Shown: positions 10,601-23,449, counted from the stretch's first letter. The stretch is 64,000 nucleotides of DNA from an uncultured Bacillota bacterium (GCA_963804645.1 CAWDRG010000011.1:64001-128000); one strand, 5' to 3'. A program made the numbers and translations. The notes: generated by a model not told the origin, from the sequence alone.

Positions 10601-11086
10601 CGACACCCCACCCGCACCATCGTCGGTCCATCCACGTACAACCTCATACCCTTCGGAGGTATTCCTCCGACGCCCTGCCGCCCCCTCTCGGACCTGCGAA
10701 ACCAGGACCCCGCCCCGCGTGGGCGAAGGAGAACACCGGGTTCGGCCCCATGGGGGGAGGTCGGCGCTCGGCAGCGCACGCCCTGAGACAGGCGAGGTGC
10801 GGGACCGGCGCCGAAGCGGCGTGCATGGACACGGCGGCGCCGTCCGCACGAACGGCGCAGGCGCCGAGAGCACACCCGTCGCACCCAATCGCGAGCCAAC
10901 CGACTCGCTCGGAGCACACGGCGTCGACGCGGCGCGCCGTTCGCCAGCCTCCGCGCCGGCCGACTCCACCAATACGCGACTCACCGGGGTGGTCAGGATG
11001 CACACGACGACGCGCGACCCGCGGCGGTCCCACGCGACACCCGACCGGACCGCGGCGGGAACCGCGCCGCACATGGAGCCCGGCCG

Positions 11087-11700
11087 ATGACCGAGCGCAT
11101 CACCACCCTGTTTTGCGACATCGGCGGGATCGTGCTGACGAACGGGTGGGACCGCGGGGGACGGCGGCGCGCCGCCGAGCAGTTTCATCTCGACCAGGCG
11201 GTCATAGACGAGCGGCACCACTTCCTGTTCGATACGTACGAAGAGGGCAAGACCACCCTCGACGACTACCTCCAGCACGTCATCTTCTACGAACCGCGCA
11301 CCTTCTCGCTGGCGGCGTTCAAGGCGTTCATGTTCGAGCAGTCCCAGCCGCTCCCGGGGATGCTGGAGTTTCTCCGGAAGCTCAAGGCCCGGCATCATCT
11401 CAAGGTCTTCGCGCTCAGCAACGAAGGGCGGGAACTCACGCTGCACCGCGTGCGCACCTTCCACCTGGGCACCCTGATGGACGCGTTTGTCTGCTCGTGC
11501 TTCGTCCACGTGCGCAAGCCGGACCCGGAGATCTATCGGATCGCGCTCGATCTCGCGCAGGTGCCGCCCGAAACGGTCGTCTATCTCGAGGACCGCCCCA
11601 TGTTCGCGCAGATCGGAAGCGAGCAGGGCCTGCACGCGATCCTGCACACCGACTTCGACAGTACGCGGGCGACGCTGGCCGCGCTCGGACTGACGCTGCC

Positions 11701-11704
<4 letters not shown>
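11087..11704 (+). CDS. HAD family hydrolase/phosphatase
   Basis: DIGG motif I, LSN, RKPDPEIY, LEDR. Confidence 0.85.
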
Positions 11705-13262
<1,558 letters not shown>

Positions 13263-13266
<4 letters not shown>

Positions 13267-14591
13267 GCGCGCAGGCGGCCGCGGCATCGCAGCGCCCCTG
13301 GTGGTCGTACGTGGAGCCGTGGGCCGGCGCCTACGCGCTCTTGGGGTTCACCGTATCCGGGGGCCTGCCCATGATGCTCCCGCTCGCCGTCGACCGCAGC
13401 GGCAGCGCAGCCGAGGTGGGACTCGTGATGGCATCCCTCAGCCTCGGCACCGTCATGTCACCCGTATGCGGCGCGCTTGCCGACCGGTACCGGATCCACC
13501 GCATCCTGCTCACCGCCGGGATCCTCTTGACCGGCATCGCGGTCGCCCTGCTCGCATGGACCACCGGCGCCGCCCCGAGAGCCGGGCTGGCGTTTGCCGC
13601 AGGCTGCGGGTCGGCCGCCGCCTCGACCGTCGCGTATCTGTTCGTGGTCGAAGCCCATCCACGGGGCGAATGGCCGCACCGCTTCGGCGCGCTCCAACTC
13701 ATCTATGTCGCGGCCCAGGTGCTCGGGCTCATCTTCGCCGGCTTGATCAGCCGGATCGACCTCCGTGCCGGGTTCATCGCGGACGGCGGGGTGGCGATGG
13801 CGGCGGCGCTCGTGGCCTGGCTGAGCACGAGGCGCCGCCGGTACGCCACGGGGGTCGGATTCGCGAGACCCGTTCCGGGCACGCCCAACCCGCCGATCGC
13901 CCAGCATCCCCCGGTCATGCGCGTCGAACACGCCCTGGGCGTGCACCGAGGGTGGCACCTCCCGAACGGGGCGATCCTTCGCCGCGTAGCGGCCTCGCCG
14001 TTTGCGATCTTTCTCGGGGTGTGGGTCCTCGCGTTCACGGGCAGCTCGACGTTCTTCGCGCTGTACCCGGTGTTCATGGCGCGCGTCTTCCACATCGGCC
14101 CGAGCCGCTCGTCCCTCGCGTACGCCGCGGCGGTCGGGTTGTCGCTGACGCTCTTCTCACCGGCCGCCCGGTGGGCGAATGACCTCGGCGCGGGACGGCT
14201 CGTCCGCGTGGGCATCCAGATCCGTCTCCTCGCGCTGCTCGTGATCGCAGGACTGAGCGTCCTCGGCGGGGCGACGGGCGCACTGGGAGCGGTGGTCGCA
14301 TTTGCGGCGCTCGTGCTCGCCTGGGCACTGCTGGGCGTCAGCGGCCCCCCGCTGGCGGCGCGACGCAGCCCCGTCGGTGAGGGCGAAGGCATGGGATTGT
14401 ACAACGCGGCGGGTGCGGCGGGCGGCGTGCTTGGCGGGCTCCTCTCGGGGTGGGCGGCGCAGACCTGGGGGTATGTGGCGATCCCGCTCGCCGGCGCCGC
14501 GTGCCTCGGCGCCGCGCTACTGCTGACCACCGCCGACCCGACCTGGGGACGCAAGCTCACTCCCCCGGCGGTCCCCGCCCCGAACGGATAG
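13263..14591 (+). CDS. MFS transporter
   Basis: About 12 hydrophobic segments; GALADRY motif A variant; ATGA overlap with zwf. Confidence 0.85.
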
Positions 14592-14601
14592 ACCGCGCGA
14601 G

Positions 14602-17061
14602 ATGCCGGACGACGGAGGGCCCACCGTGCTGCACACCGAGGAATACGCGCCGGGGTGGCCCGGCATCCCGGCGCGGTGGACGTCGAGCGCCAAATCCGGC
14701 GTCGGCACCGCGATGACCTACTCCAGCCGCGTGTGGTTCACGCTCAGCCACGGCATCCTGAACGAAGTGTACTGGCCCCGCGAGGACCAGGCGTGCATCC
14801 GGGACATGGGCCTTGTCGTAACCGACGGCCGGGAGTACTTCTCGCAGGAGAAGCGCCACGCGGAGCCCCGGGTCCAGTACCTCGCGCCTGGGGTGCCGGC
14901 GTTCCGGCTCATCAACACGAGCTTCGACCAGCGGTACCGGATCGAGAAAGAAATCGTGAGCGACCCGGCCCGTGACGTGGTCCTCCATCAGACGCTCTTT
15001 GTCCCGCTCCAGGGCGCACTGTCCGACTACCGACTGTACGTACTGCTCGCCCCGCATCTCGGAAATCAGGGCGCCGGCAACACCGCCTGGGCCGGCGAGT
15101 ACAAGGGCAGCCCGATGCTGTTCGCATCGCGCAATGGGCTCGCGCTCGCGCTCGCCTGCTCGGTCCCGTGGCGCGCCCGGTCGGCGGGGTTCGTCGGCGC
15201 CTCGGACGGCTGGCAGGACCTGCTCCAGCACAAACGGCTCACCCGAGCGTACCGGCGCGCCGAGAACGGCAACACGGCGCTCGTCGGGGAGATCGACCTC
15301 GCGGCCGGCGGCGGGGCGTTCCTGCTGGCGCTCGGATTCGGCGACACACCCGAGGAAGCGGCGCTGCACGCGAACGCGAGCCTGTTCGACGGCTTTGCCG
15401 TCGCGCGGGATCGGTATGTGAGCGAGTGGGACGCGTGGCAGCGTACGCTCACACAGATCCGCGACAGCGACGGCCCGCGCGCACCGGCCGCGCCCGGCGA
15501 GACCCGGACGCAGGACGTCTATCGGGTGAGCACGGCCGTCATCCACACCCACCGCTCCAAGGTGGTGCCGGGCGGCGTGCTTGCAAGCCTGTCGATTCCC
15601 TGGGGATTCGCGAGAGGCGACGGAGATCTCGGCGGCTACCATCTCGTCTGGCCGCGCGACCTTGCCGAAGCCGCCGGGGGAGGCCTCGCTATCGGCGCCG
15701 TGGCCGGATTCCACAGCCTTCTCCGCTATCTGTACGTGACGCAGGAGCCCGACGGGCACTGGCCCCAGAACATGTGGCTGGACGGCCGCGCGTACTGGAG
15801 CGGCGTGCAGCTGGACGAGACCGCGTTCCCGATCTTGCTCGTGGATCTGGCGCTCCGCACCGGCGCGCTCCACCACGACGACCTCGCCCGTCTGTGGCCG
15901 ATGGTCCGAAAAGCGGCGGCGTTTGTCGTGCAAAACGGCCCGGTGACCCAGCAGGACCGCTGGGAAGAGGACGGCGGGTACTCCCCGTTCACGCTCGCCG
16001 TCGAGATCTCGGCACTGCTCGTGGCGGCCGACCTCGCCGAGTCCAGCGGCGACCCCGCGGTGGCCCCCTACCTGCGAGAGACGGCGGACATCTGGAACGC
16101 CAACATCGAGCGGTGGACGTACGCCCAGGACACGGACCTTTCCCGCCGCCTCGGGCTTCACGGCTACTATGTGCGGATCGCCCCGCCGGAGGTCGCGGAG
16201 GCCGCGTCCCCGCTCGAAGGATTCGTGCCGATCAAGAACCGCCCGCCCGGCAGCAGCGCACTGCCGGCGTCCGAGCTGATCAGCCCGGACGCGCTGGCGC
16301 TCGTGCGATTCGGCCTGCGCGCGCCGGACGATCCTCGCATCCTCGACACGGTGCGGGCGATCGACGCGCTGCTGCGGGTCGAAACGCCGTTCGGACCCGC
16401 GTGGCACCGGTACAACGGCGACGGCTACGGGGAGCACGAGGACGGGGCGCCGTTTGACGGCACCGGCGTCGGCCGCGCGTGGCCGCTGTTGACCGGAGAA
16501 CGCGCCCACTACGAGCTGGCCGCGGGCAATCGCGACGTCGCCGAGAGCCTCCTGCGCACGATGGAGGCGTTTGCCAACGAGAGCGGCCTCTTGCCCGAAC
16601 AGATCTGGGACGCCCCGGACATTCCGGACCGCGAGCTGTTCTTCGGCCGGCCGTCGGGATCGGCGATGCCGCTCGTCTGGGCGCACGCCGAGTATCTGAA
16701 GCTGCGCCGCTCGCTCCAGGACGGCCGGGTGTTCGATGCGCCGCCGCAGGCACAGGCACGGTACGTGGGCCGCCCCGCGCCGGCCCCCGCGGTGACCGTC
16801 TGGCGGTTCAACCAGAAGTGCCGGTCCGCCGCCCTCGGCACCACGCTGCGCATCGAGACGCTCGCGGCCGCGACGGTGCACTGGACCCACGACGCGTGGC
16901 GGACCGTGACGGACACGCCGACCCGGGACACCGGGCTCAGCGTCTACGTGGCCGACCTGCCGAGCGCCGCGTTCGATCCCGGGGTCGAGATCCGGTTCAC
17001 GTTCCTCTGGACGGAGGCCGTGCGGTGGGAAGGCGTCGACTTCACCGTGACGATCGCCTAA
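14602..17061 (+). CDS. Glycoside hydrolase family 15 (glucoamylase/glucodextranase-like) with C-terminal carbohydrate-binding-like region
   Basis: GYHLVWPRDL, QDRWEE, RYNGDGYGE, LPEQIWD, PLVWAHAEY. Confidence 0.92.
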   Translation: MPDDGGPTVLHTEEYAPGWPGIPARWTSSAKSGVGTAMTYSSRVWFTLSHGILNEVYWPREDQACIRDMGLVVTDGREYFSQEKRHAEPRVQYLAPGVPAFRLINTSFDQRYRIEKEIVSDPARDVVLHQTLFVPLQGALSDYRLYVLLAPHLGNQGAGNTAWAGEYKGSPMLFASRNGLALALACSVPWRARSAGFVGASDGWQDLLQHKRLTRAYRRAENGNTALVGEIDLAAGGGAFLLALGFGDTPEEAALHANASLFDGFAVARDRYVSEWDAWQRTLTQIRDSDGPRAPAAPGETRTQDVYRVSTAVIHTHRSKVVPGGVLASLSIPWGFARGDGDLGGYHLVWPRDLAEAAGGGLAIGAVAGFHSLLRYLYVTQEPDGHWPQNMWLDGRAYWSGVQLDETAFPILLVDLALRTGALHHDDLARLWPMVRKAAAFVVQNGPVTQQDRWEEDGGYSPFTLAVEISALLVAADLAESSGDPAVAPYLRETADIWNANIERWTYAQDTDLSRRLGLHGYYVRIAPPEVAEAASPLEGFVPIKNRPPGSSALPASELISPDALALVRFGLRAPDDPRILDTVRAIDALLRVETPFGPAWHRYNGDGYGEHEDGAPFDGTGVGRAWPLLTGERAHYELAAGNRDVAESLLRTMEAFANESGLLPEQIWDAPDIPDRELFFGRPSGSAMPLVWAHAEYLKLRRSLQDGRVFDAPPQAQARYVGRPAPAPAVTVWRFNQKCRSAALGTTLRIETLAAATVHWTHDAWRTVTDTPTRDTGLSVYVADLPSAAFDPGVEIRFTFLWTEAVRWEGVDFTVTIA

Positions 17062-17087
17062 GAGCGGACCGAGGAGGAGATGCGCAG

Positions 17088-17870
17088 ATGGACATCACCT
17101 TGAAGGGCAAGCGGGCCATCGTCACCGGGGCGAACTCGGGCATCGGCGAGGCGATCGCGATGGAGTTTGGCGCCGCGGGCGCGCGGGTCGCGGTGAACTA
17201 CGTGGTCCACCCGGAGACGGCCGACCAGGTCGTCCGGCGGATCAAACAGGCGGGCGGCGACGCCCTCGCCGTCAAGGCCGACGTGTCGGACGCGGCGTCC
17301 GTCGCGGCGATGTTTGCGACGCTCGACGGCGCGTGGGGCGGCGTCGACGTGCTGGTGAACAACGCCGGGATCGACGGCCCGCGGGCAGCCGCGTGGGAGG
17401 CCGACCCGGCCGCGTGGCGCCGGGTGCTCGAAATCAACCTGATCGGCGCGTACATCTGCGCACGCGAGGCCCTGCGGCGGATGATTCCCGCCCGCGCGGG
17501 CGTGATCGTCAACCTCACGTCCGTGCACGAGCGGATCCCATGGACCGGGTACAGCGCGTACACGGCGAGCAAGGCCGGACTCAGCATGCTGACGCAAACG
17601 CTCGCTCTCGAGGCGGCGCCGTCCGGCGTCCGCGTGGTCGCGATCGCCCCGGGCGCGATCCAGACGCCGATCAGCCAGGACGTCTGGAGCAACCCGGAGA
17701 CGCTCGCGGATCTGCTGAGCAAAATCCCGATGGGACGGATGGGCCGGCCCCAGGAGATCGCGCAGATGGCGGTCGTCCTCGCCTCGGACGTCGCCGGCTA
17801 CATCACTGGGACGACGGTGTTCGTCGACGGCGGAATGATCAATTATGCGGCGTTCATGCACGGCGGCTAA
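17088..17870 (+). CDS. Glucose 1-dehydrogenase-like SDR
   Basis: TGANSGIG, NNAG, SVHERIPW, YTASK, PGAIQTPI. Confidence 0.88.
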   Translation: MDITLKGKRAIVTGANSGIGEAIAMEFGAAGARVAVNYVVHPETADQVVRRIKQAGGDALAVKADVSDAASVAAMFATLDGAWGGVDVLVNNAGIDGPRAAAWEADPAAWRRVLEINLIGAYICAREALRRMIPARAGVIVNLTSVHERIPWTGYSAYTASKAGLSMLTQTLALEAAPSGVRVVAIAPGAIQTPISQDVWSNPETLADLLSKIPMGRMGRPQEIAQMAVVLASDVAGYITGTTVFVDGGMINYAAFMHGG

Positions 17871-17887
17871 CGCCGCGGCGGGTTCGG

Positions 17888-18328
17888 TTAGCGGATATCG
17901 TGCTCCGTCACGAGACTCTCATACGGTTCGGTCATCAGTTGCGACGAGATCATAAAATCGGCGGACGCGCGGTTGCACGCCACGGGGATGTTCCAGACCA
18001 CGGCGATGCGGAGCAGCGCCTTCACGTCCGAGTCGTGCGGGTGCGACCCGAGCGGGTCCCAGAAAAAGACGAGCGCGTCGATCGTCCCCTCTGCGATTCG
18101 CGCACCGATCTGCTGATCGCCGCCGAGCGGTCCGCTCCGCAGCCGCGTCAGCTCGAGGCCCAACTCCTCCTCGAGCAGCTTCCCCGTCGACTCGGTCGCG
18201 TACAGCGCGTGGCGGGCGAGCAGCCCTCGATTGAACCGCGCCCATGCGAGCAACTCGTCCTTCCGATCGTCGTGCGCGATCAACGCGATGCGCTTTTTCA
18301 CGCCCATCGGGCGAGTGATATACGCCAT
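17888..18328 (-). CDS. mgsA: Methylglyoxal synthase
   Basis: IALIAHD..K, SGPLGGDQQIGA, FFWDP..PHDSDVKALLR. Confidence 0.95.
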   Translation of the reverse strand: MAYITRPMGVKKRIALIAHDDRKDELLAWARFNRGLLARHALYATESTGKLLEEELGLELTRLRSGPLGGDQQIGARIAEGTIDALVFFWDPLGSHPHDSDVKALLRIAVVWNIPVACNRASADFMISSQLMTEPYESLVTEHDIR

Positions 18329-18647
18329 GTCCAACTCCTGTCCGTCCGTCGTGACACCCTGAAGACCGTGTGGCAGCGCCGTCCGCGGCCGCGCTGCGTC
18401 CCCGAGGCCCCGCGGTGGGATACAAAACAAAGCGCCAACCGTGTGCGCACGGTTGGCGGCGCGGCCCACTCGCTCCCCGTCGTGTCTAGTGTCGTCTACA
18501 CCGACATTATACCATTCACCATCTTGGGGAGCAACGACACGGCCGCGGTGCGCGCCGCGGTCCGGCGCGTCTCGATCGCGCTTGGCGCCCGAACGGCCAT
18601 GCTATACTTGGCACGCACGTCACCTCGACCCGATCCGAAAGGGGGCC

Positions 18648-19040
18648 ATGCAGCGCATGGAACGGCAGAGCATCTCTCCACCGGGGCGACCCCGGCCGAC
18701 CAATCCGTACTCGTGGGGCACGCGCGTCGGCAACTTGGTGTTCACGTCCGGACACACCGGCGGCGACGCGTCCGGCAAGGTGCCGGACGACATCGGCGCG
18801 CAGACTCGCAACTGCATCGAGGGGTGCAAAGCCGTCCTCGAGGCCGCGGGCTCGGGCCTGCAGCACGTCCTCAAGGTGACGATCTTCCTGACCGACATCA
18901 AGGAGTTTGCCGCCATGAACGAGGTGTACCGCGCCTCGTTCCCCGCCGGCGACCTGCCCGCGCGCAGCACCGTCGAGGTCTCCGCCCTCGCACGTCCGGA
19001 CCTTCGCGTCGAGATTGAAATGACCGGGTGCATCCCCTAG
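18648..19040 (+). CDS. RidA/YjgF family protein
   Basis: PYS, FTSG, KVTIFL, MNEVY, PARSTVEV, VEIE. Confidence 0.92.
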   Translation: MQRMERQSISPPGRPRPTNPYSWGTRVGNLVFTSGHTGGDASGKVPDDIGAQTRNCIEGCKAVLEAAGSGLQHVLKVTIFLTDIKEFAAMNEVYRASFPAGDLPARSTVEVSALARPDLRVEIEMTGCIP

Positions 19041-19065
19041 CGGCCGCTCGGAGCGCACGCGAGCC

Positions 19066-19102
19066 GCAGGAGGGGCGCCGTCCACACGGGCGCCCCTCCT
19101 GC
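19066..19102. terminator. Hairpin between convergent ridA and M20 genes
   Basis: GCAGGAGGGGCGCC..GGCGCCCCTCCTGC inverted repeat; no clear U-tract. Confidence 0.55.
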
Positions 19103-19121
19103 GCGTCTCGCCGGATCGGGG

Positions 19122-20255
19122 CTACAACTCTGCGAGAAACCGGGTGAACCAGGCGAGGCGGGGCGCGATCGCGGACACGAGAATGTGCTCGGTGTCGGCG
19201 TGGGCGCCGTCGCCGACGGCGCCGAGGCCGTCAAGCGTGGGGATCCCCAGCGCCGCGGTGAAGTTGCCGTCGCTGCCCCCGCCGGTGCCCGTGGCCGCGA
19301 GCGCGATCCCCTCCTCGGCCGCGAGGCGCTTCGCGAGGTCGTAGAGCCGCCGCGACGCCGGCGTCTCCTCCATCGGCGGACGATTGAGCCCGCCCTCGAT
19401 CCGCACCGACGTGCCGGGCACAAACGTCGGCCGGGTCCGGATGCGCTCATCGGCCCGGCGGGCCTCGTCCATCGTGCGCACCCGCAGGTCGATCTCCGCC
19501 TCCGCCGACGCCGCGATCACGTTTTGGCGGGTGCCGCCGCGAATGACGCCGACGTTCACGGTCGTCCCCTTGGCGAGGTCGTTGACGCGGTCGAGGTCGA
19601 CGACTTGATGCGCCAACTCCAGCACGGCGCTGCGGCCTTTCTCCGGGTCGGCGCCGGCGTGCGCCGCGACGCCCCGCACCGCAAGCCGGTACATCCCGAC
19701 ACCCTTCCGCCAGACCTTGACGGCCCCCTCGGTCCCGAGCGCCGGCTCGAGCACGAGCGTGCACTCCGCCTGCGCGGCCAGCTGCTCGAGGATCGGGCGC
19801 GACGTCGGGCTGCCGACCTCCTCCTCCGTGTTCACGAAGAAGACGAACGTCTTGTCGCCGACGGCGCCGCTCTCGACGAGCGCGCGCAGCGCCCAGAGCG
19901 CCTGCACGTCTCCGTATTTCATGTCGAAGCAGCCCGGTCCGGTCAACCGGTCGCCGTCGATCCGGCACGGCATGCGTTCGAGCGTCCCGACCGGCCAGAC
20001 CGTATCGACGTGGCCGAGCAGGAGCACGCGCCGCGGACCGCGCCCCACGCGCGCCTCGAAGTGATCACCCCAGCGCGTCTGCGGATGCCAGATGATCTCG
20101 GCCCCCGCGGTCCGCGCCAACCGGTCCGCCAAGTGTTTGCCGACGCGGTCCACCGCGGCCTTGTCCGTCGTCGGCGACTCGAGCCCGACGAGCGTCTGCA
20201 CCTCCGCGAGCACCTCGTGCAGGTGGGCGTCGGCGAATGCGCGGTAGCGGGTCAC
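19122..20255 (-). CDS. M20 metallopeptidase (glutamate carboxypeptidase G2-like)
   Basis: GHVDTV, GPGCFDMK, EEEVGS, AHAG, GGGSDGN, GAHADTE. Confidence 0.9.
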   Translation of the reverse strand: MTRYRAFADAHLHEVLAEVQTLVGLESPTTDKAAVDRVGKHLADRLARTAGAEIIWHPQTRWGDHFEARVGRGPRRVLLLGHVDTVWPVGTLERMPCRIDGDRLTGPGCFDMKYGDVQALWALRALVESGAVGDKTFVFFVNTEEEVGSPTSRPILEQLAAQAECTLVLEPALGTEGAVKVWRKGVGMYRLAVRGVAAHAGADPEKGRSAVLELAHQVVDLDRVNDLAKGTTVNVGVIRGGTRQNVIAASAEAEIDLRVRTMDEARRADERIRTRPTFVPGTSVRIEGGLNRPPMEETPASRRLYDLAKRLAAEEGIALAATGTGGGSDGNFTAALGIPTLDGLGAVGDGAHADTEHILVSAIAPRLAWFTRFLAEL

Positions 20256-21313
20256 GCGGGCACCTCCGCCGGGTAGGCGGTCCGGTTGAGGCCGCGCAGG
20301 TCGTCGACGTTGCGCGGGGACATGTGGCGCCGGCCCGCCTCCAGGTCGTGGATCAGCTCGATCAGCCGCTCGTTCAGCGGCAGGCGGAGGCCGTGCCCGC
20401 GTCCGATCTCGACGACCGGGCCGAGCTGCATGTCCACCTCGGTGCGGCGGTGCCGCACCGCGAGATCGCGCCAGATGCCGCTCTTCTGCTTCAGCGACGC
20501 GCGGTTGAGCGCGACGAGCTGCGCCACGCTGCGCCGGATGCCGGCCCAATCGCGGGGGGTGGCGAAGCGCATCGCGGTGGGGTCGTACCCGTCGAAGCCC
20601 TCGCATCGCACGCCCTCGGCCTCGGCGACCTGCACGACCTCCGCGGCCAGATTGGCCATCAGGGCGACGTTGTCCGGGGCTCCGAGGACGTCGGCCATCG
20701 TCGCGTCCACGGTCGCGGTCGCGAACAGCTGGGAGGCGTAGCCGAGCTTGCCCCACAGGTACCCCCAGATGTTGTCGGTCAGCGTCGTGTTCGGCAGGAA
20801 CGCGCTGCGCAGCGCGTCGCCGAGCGCCTGCAGCCGCGGGGTGATCCGCCCGTCGAGCTCGCCGAGGTAGAGCGCCCCCGCCCCGCTGTACTCCACGCGG
20901 CCGGGCGCCTGATAGTCGGCGCCGAAGTTCACGAACGCGCCGATCGTCCGCGCGGCCCCGATCCGCGCGGCGATCACCCGCTCGTTGAGGCCGTTCTGCA
21001 TCGAGACGACGTAGCTCGCGGGCCCGAGCAGCGGCACCACCGGCTCGAGCGCGTCGGCGGTGTGCAGCGCCTTGACGGCCAGCAGCACCGCCTCGGGGGC
21101 GCGGCCGGCCAGCGCGCCCGCGAGCGCGTTGGGCGTCACCGCGGGCACCCGGACGCGGACCTCGAGCCGCCCCTCGATCACGAGCCCGTCCCGGGTCATC
21201 GCCGCGACGTGTTCGGGGACGCTGTCCACAAACAAGACCTCGTGCCCGGCACGCGCCAGGTGCGCGCCCATCGTCCCGCCGATCGCCCCCGCTCCGACGA
21301 TCACGAATCGCAT
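20252..21313 (-). CDS. Ketopantoate reductase (PanE/ApbA) family oxidoreductase
   Basis: GAGAIG, AVK, QNG, WGKL, SGIWRDL..RRTE. Confidence 0.85.
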   Translation of the reverse strand: MRFVIVGAGAIGGTMGAHLARAGHEVLFVDSVPEHVAAMTRDGLVIEGRLEVRVRVPAVTPNALAGALAGRAPEAVLLAVKALHTADALEPVVPLLGPASYVVSMQNGLNERVIAARIGAARTIGAFVNFGADYQAPGRVEYSGAGALYLGELDGRITPRLQALGDALRSAFLPNTTLTDNIWGYLWGKLGYASQLFATATVDATMADVLGAPDNVALMANLAAEVVQVAEAEGVRCEGFDGYDPTAMRFATPRDWAGIRRSVAQLVALNRASLKQKSGIWRDLAVRHRRTEVDMQLGPVVEIGRGHGLRLPLNERLIELIHDLEAGRRHMSPRNVDDLRGLNRTAYPAEVPA

Positions 21314-21322
21314 CGACGCCAC

Positions 21323-22957
21323 CTACCAGCCAATCGCGTAGCCGTTGCGCCGCGGATCGGCGGCACCGCCGATCCACCCGGTCGCGCGGTCCGAGAGGAT
21401 GCCCTGCACGCCGCCCACACGCATCGACCATGCCCCGAGCGGCTCGACGGTGTACCCGCGCGCCGCCATGGCCGCGCGCGTGACCTCCGGGAGCCGCGAC
21501 TCCATGCGAATCGCCGTGGCCGGCAGTTGATCGCCGACATCGTCGACCCACCGGAAGCGCGGCGCCGCGATCGCGTCCTGCAGGTTCAGGCCGAAATCGA
21601 TGAGGTTGACGAGCACCTGCACTGTCGTGATGAGAATGCCGTACGATCCCGGGGTCCCGACCGTGCCCCAGAACTGCCCGTCGCGGAAGAGGTGCACCGG
21701 GGCGATGGGCCACTCGTGCATCTTGCCGGGTCCGATCAGGTTCGCATGCCCCGGCGTCACGGAGAACCAGTGCGCCGCGTTGTTGAGGCAGACGCCGGTG
21801 CCGGGCACGACGACCCCGCTCCCGAACCCGCTGCCGAGGCTGTTCGTGATGTTGACTGCGAGTCCGCTCGCGTCCACGGCGGCGAAATGCGTCGTCGACG
21901 CGCTCGTGCCGCCGGATCCGCCGACGGCCACGTGCCCGCCCGCGCGCGACGTACCGAGCCGCTCGGCGACCTGGCGCCTGAGCTCCGCGATGTGCTCCGC
22001 CGACAGCACGCGGGCCGTCGTGTCGGGCACGTGGTCCGGGTCGCCCACGTACCGGTCGGTGTCCATGCGGGCGGCCCGTCCGGCTTCGGCCACGAGGCCC
22101 ACGTGCTCGGGGCCGAGGTGCTCCATCCGGCCGACCTCAAACCCGTCGAGGATGCGCAGCGTCTCGAGCACCTGCACCCCGCCGGTGGGAATCGGCGACG
22201 CGTACACCGTGACGCCGCGGTACGGCGCCTCGAGCGGGCGCGTCCATTTCAGCGTCCCGGGATACGCGCGGAGATCGGCCTCGGTGATGAGGCCCCCGCC
22301 TTCGCGCATCGTCTCGGCGATCTTGCGCCCGAGCGGCCCATCGTACAGATAGCCGGCTCCCTGCGCGCCGATCGCGCGAAACGTCGCGGCGAGATCGGGC
22401 TGCCGCAGCAGCGAGCCGACCTCGGGGACCTTCCCGTCGTGCAGGTACACCCGCGCCGCCTCTGGGTTGAGGCGCGGCACGAGCTCTTCCCACTCGGTCC
22501 GGTCGAACGGCGTGAACGGGATGCCCTGCTCGGCGTACTCAATCGCCGGCTCCAACACCTGCGCGAACGGCATCGTTCCGTGGTCGGCGAGCACGCGCGC
22601 CCAGCCGGCAAGGTTGCCGGGCACCGCGGGAGACAGGCACCCGCCGTCGGGCGGCGTCGCGCCGAACCGGTCGGGCGTGGCGGCGGCCGGCGCGCGGCCG
22701 AGGAACACGAGCGCGCGGGGCGTCTGGCCCGGCAGCGTCAGCATGAGGCTCCCGCATCCCGCGAGGCCCGACATGTACGGCTCGGCCACGCTGATCGCCG
22801 CGGCCGCGGCGACCACCGCATCGACCGCGTTCCCGCCCTGGGCGAACATGCGCACCCCGGCCAGCGACGCGAGCGGATTGGCCGTCGCCACCATGCCCCG
22901 GCGGCCGTACGCGATCGGGCGAAGACCAAACCGGGTCGCAAACGTCTCATGCGGCAT
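21323..22957 (-). CDS. Gamma-glutamyltransferase family Ntn-hydrolase
   Basis: GGNAVDA, EPYMSGLAG, TTHFAAVD nucleophile Thr, GSGFGSG..PGTG, GAADPRR. Confidence 0.9.
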   Translation of the reverse strand: MPHETFATRFGLRPIAYGRRGMVATANPLASLAGVRMFAQGGNAVDAVVAAAAAISVAEPYMSGLAGCGSLMLTLPGQTPRALVFLGRAPAAATPDRFGATPPDGGCLSPAVPGNLAGWARVLADHGTMPFAQVLEPAIEYAEQGIPFTPFDRTEWEELVPRLNPEAARVYLHDGKVPEVGSLLRQPDLAATFRAIGAQGAGYLYDGPLGRKIAETMREGGGLITEADLRAYPGTLKWTRPLEAPYRGVTVYASPIPTGGVQVLETLRILDGFEVGRMEHLGPEHVGLVAEAGRAARMDTDRYVGDPDHVPDTTARVLSAEHIAELRRQVAERLGTSRAGGHVAVGGSGGTSASTTHFAAVDASGLAVNITNSLGSGFGSGVVVPGTGVCLNNAAHWFSVTPGHANLIGPGKMHEWPIAPVHLFRDGQFWGTVGTPGSYGILITTVQVLVNLIDFGLNLQDAIAAPRFRWVDDVGDQLPATAIRMESRLPEVTRAAMAARGYTVEPLGAWSMRVGGVQGILSDRATGWIGGAADPRRNGYAIGW

Positions 22958-23080
22958 GACGACACCTCCTCGGGGCTGGGACAGCGGAACGGCAACGACA
23001 CCAGATCGGCTCCTTTGGTTTTGGACCCGCACGCGTGATCTCCTGCCGTGATCGGAGAGCGCGCGAGGCATGTGAGATGT

Positions 23081-23113
23081 GAAGAGGGACGGCCGCAGAC
23101 GCCGTCCCTCTTC
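23081..23113 (-). terminator. Hairpin downstream of the cold-shock gene
   Basis: GAAGAGGGACGGC / GCCGTCCCTCTTC 13-bp stem. Confidence 0.6.
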
Positions 23114-23137
23114 GTGTGCAACCCAACGATGGCGATG

Positions 23138-23344
23138 CTAACGCATGACGCGGACGTTCGCGGCCTGCGGACCCTTCCGTCCCTCGGACTCCTCGTACTC
23201 GACCTTGTCGCCCTCGTTCAGCGACTTGTAGCCCTCACCTTCGATCGCGCTGAAGTGCACGAACAGATCCTTCCCGCCGCTCTCCGGCGTGATAAATCCG
23301 TATCCCTTCTCCGAACTGAACCACTTCACCGTGCCGACGCCCAT
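23138..23344 (-). CDS. csp: Cold-shock protein
   Basis: [28 protein letters not shown]. Confidence 0.96.
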   Translation of the reverse strand: MGVGTVKWFSSEKGYGFITPESGGKDLFVHFSAIEGEGYKSLNEGDKVEYEESEGRKGPQAANVRVMR

Positions 23345-23449
23345 CCCCGATCCCACCTTTGTCCCGTGCTATCAACCGACTTTGCAGCCCGCTGATGCGA
23401 GCAATAATATGCCACAATCGCCCCGTGAAATCAATGGGGCCGAATCTCG

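Noticed and set aside
10820..11090. Possible small ORF ending in ATGA overlap with the HAD gene
   Set aside because: Low-complexity translation, no recognisable motif or convincing RBS
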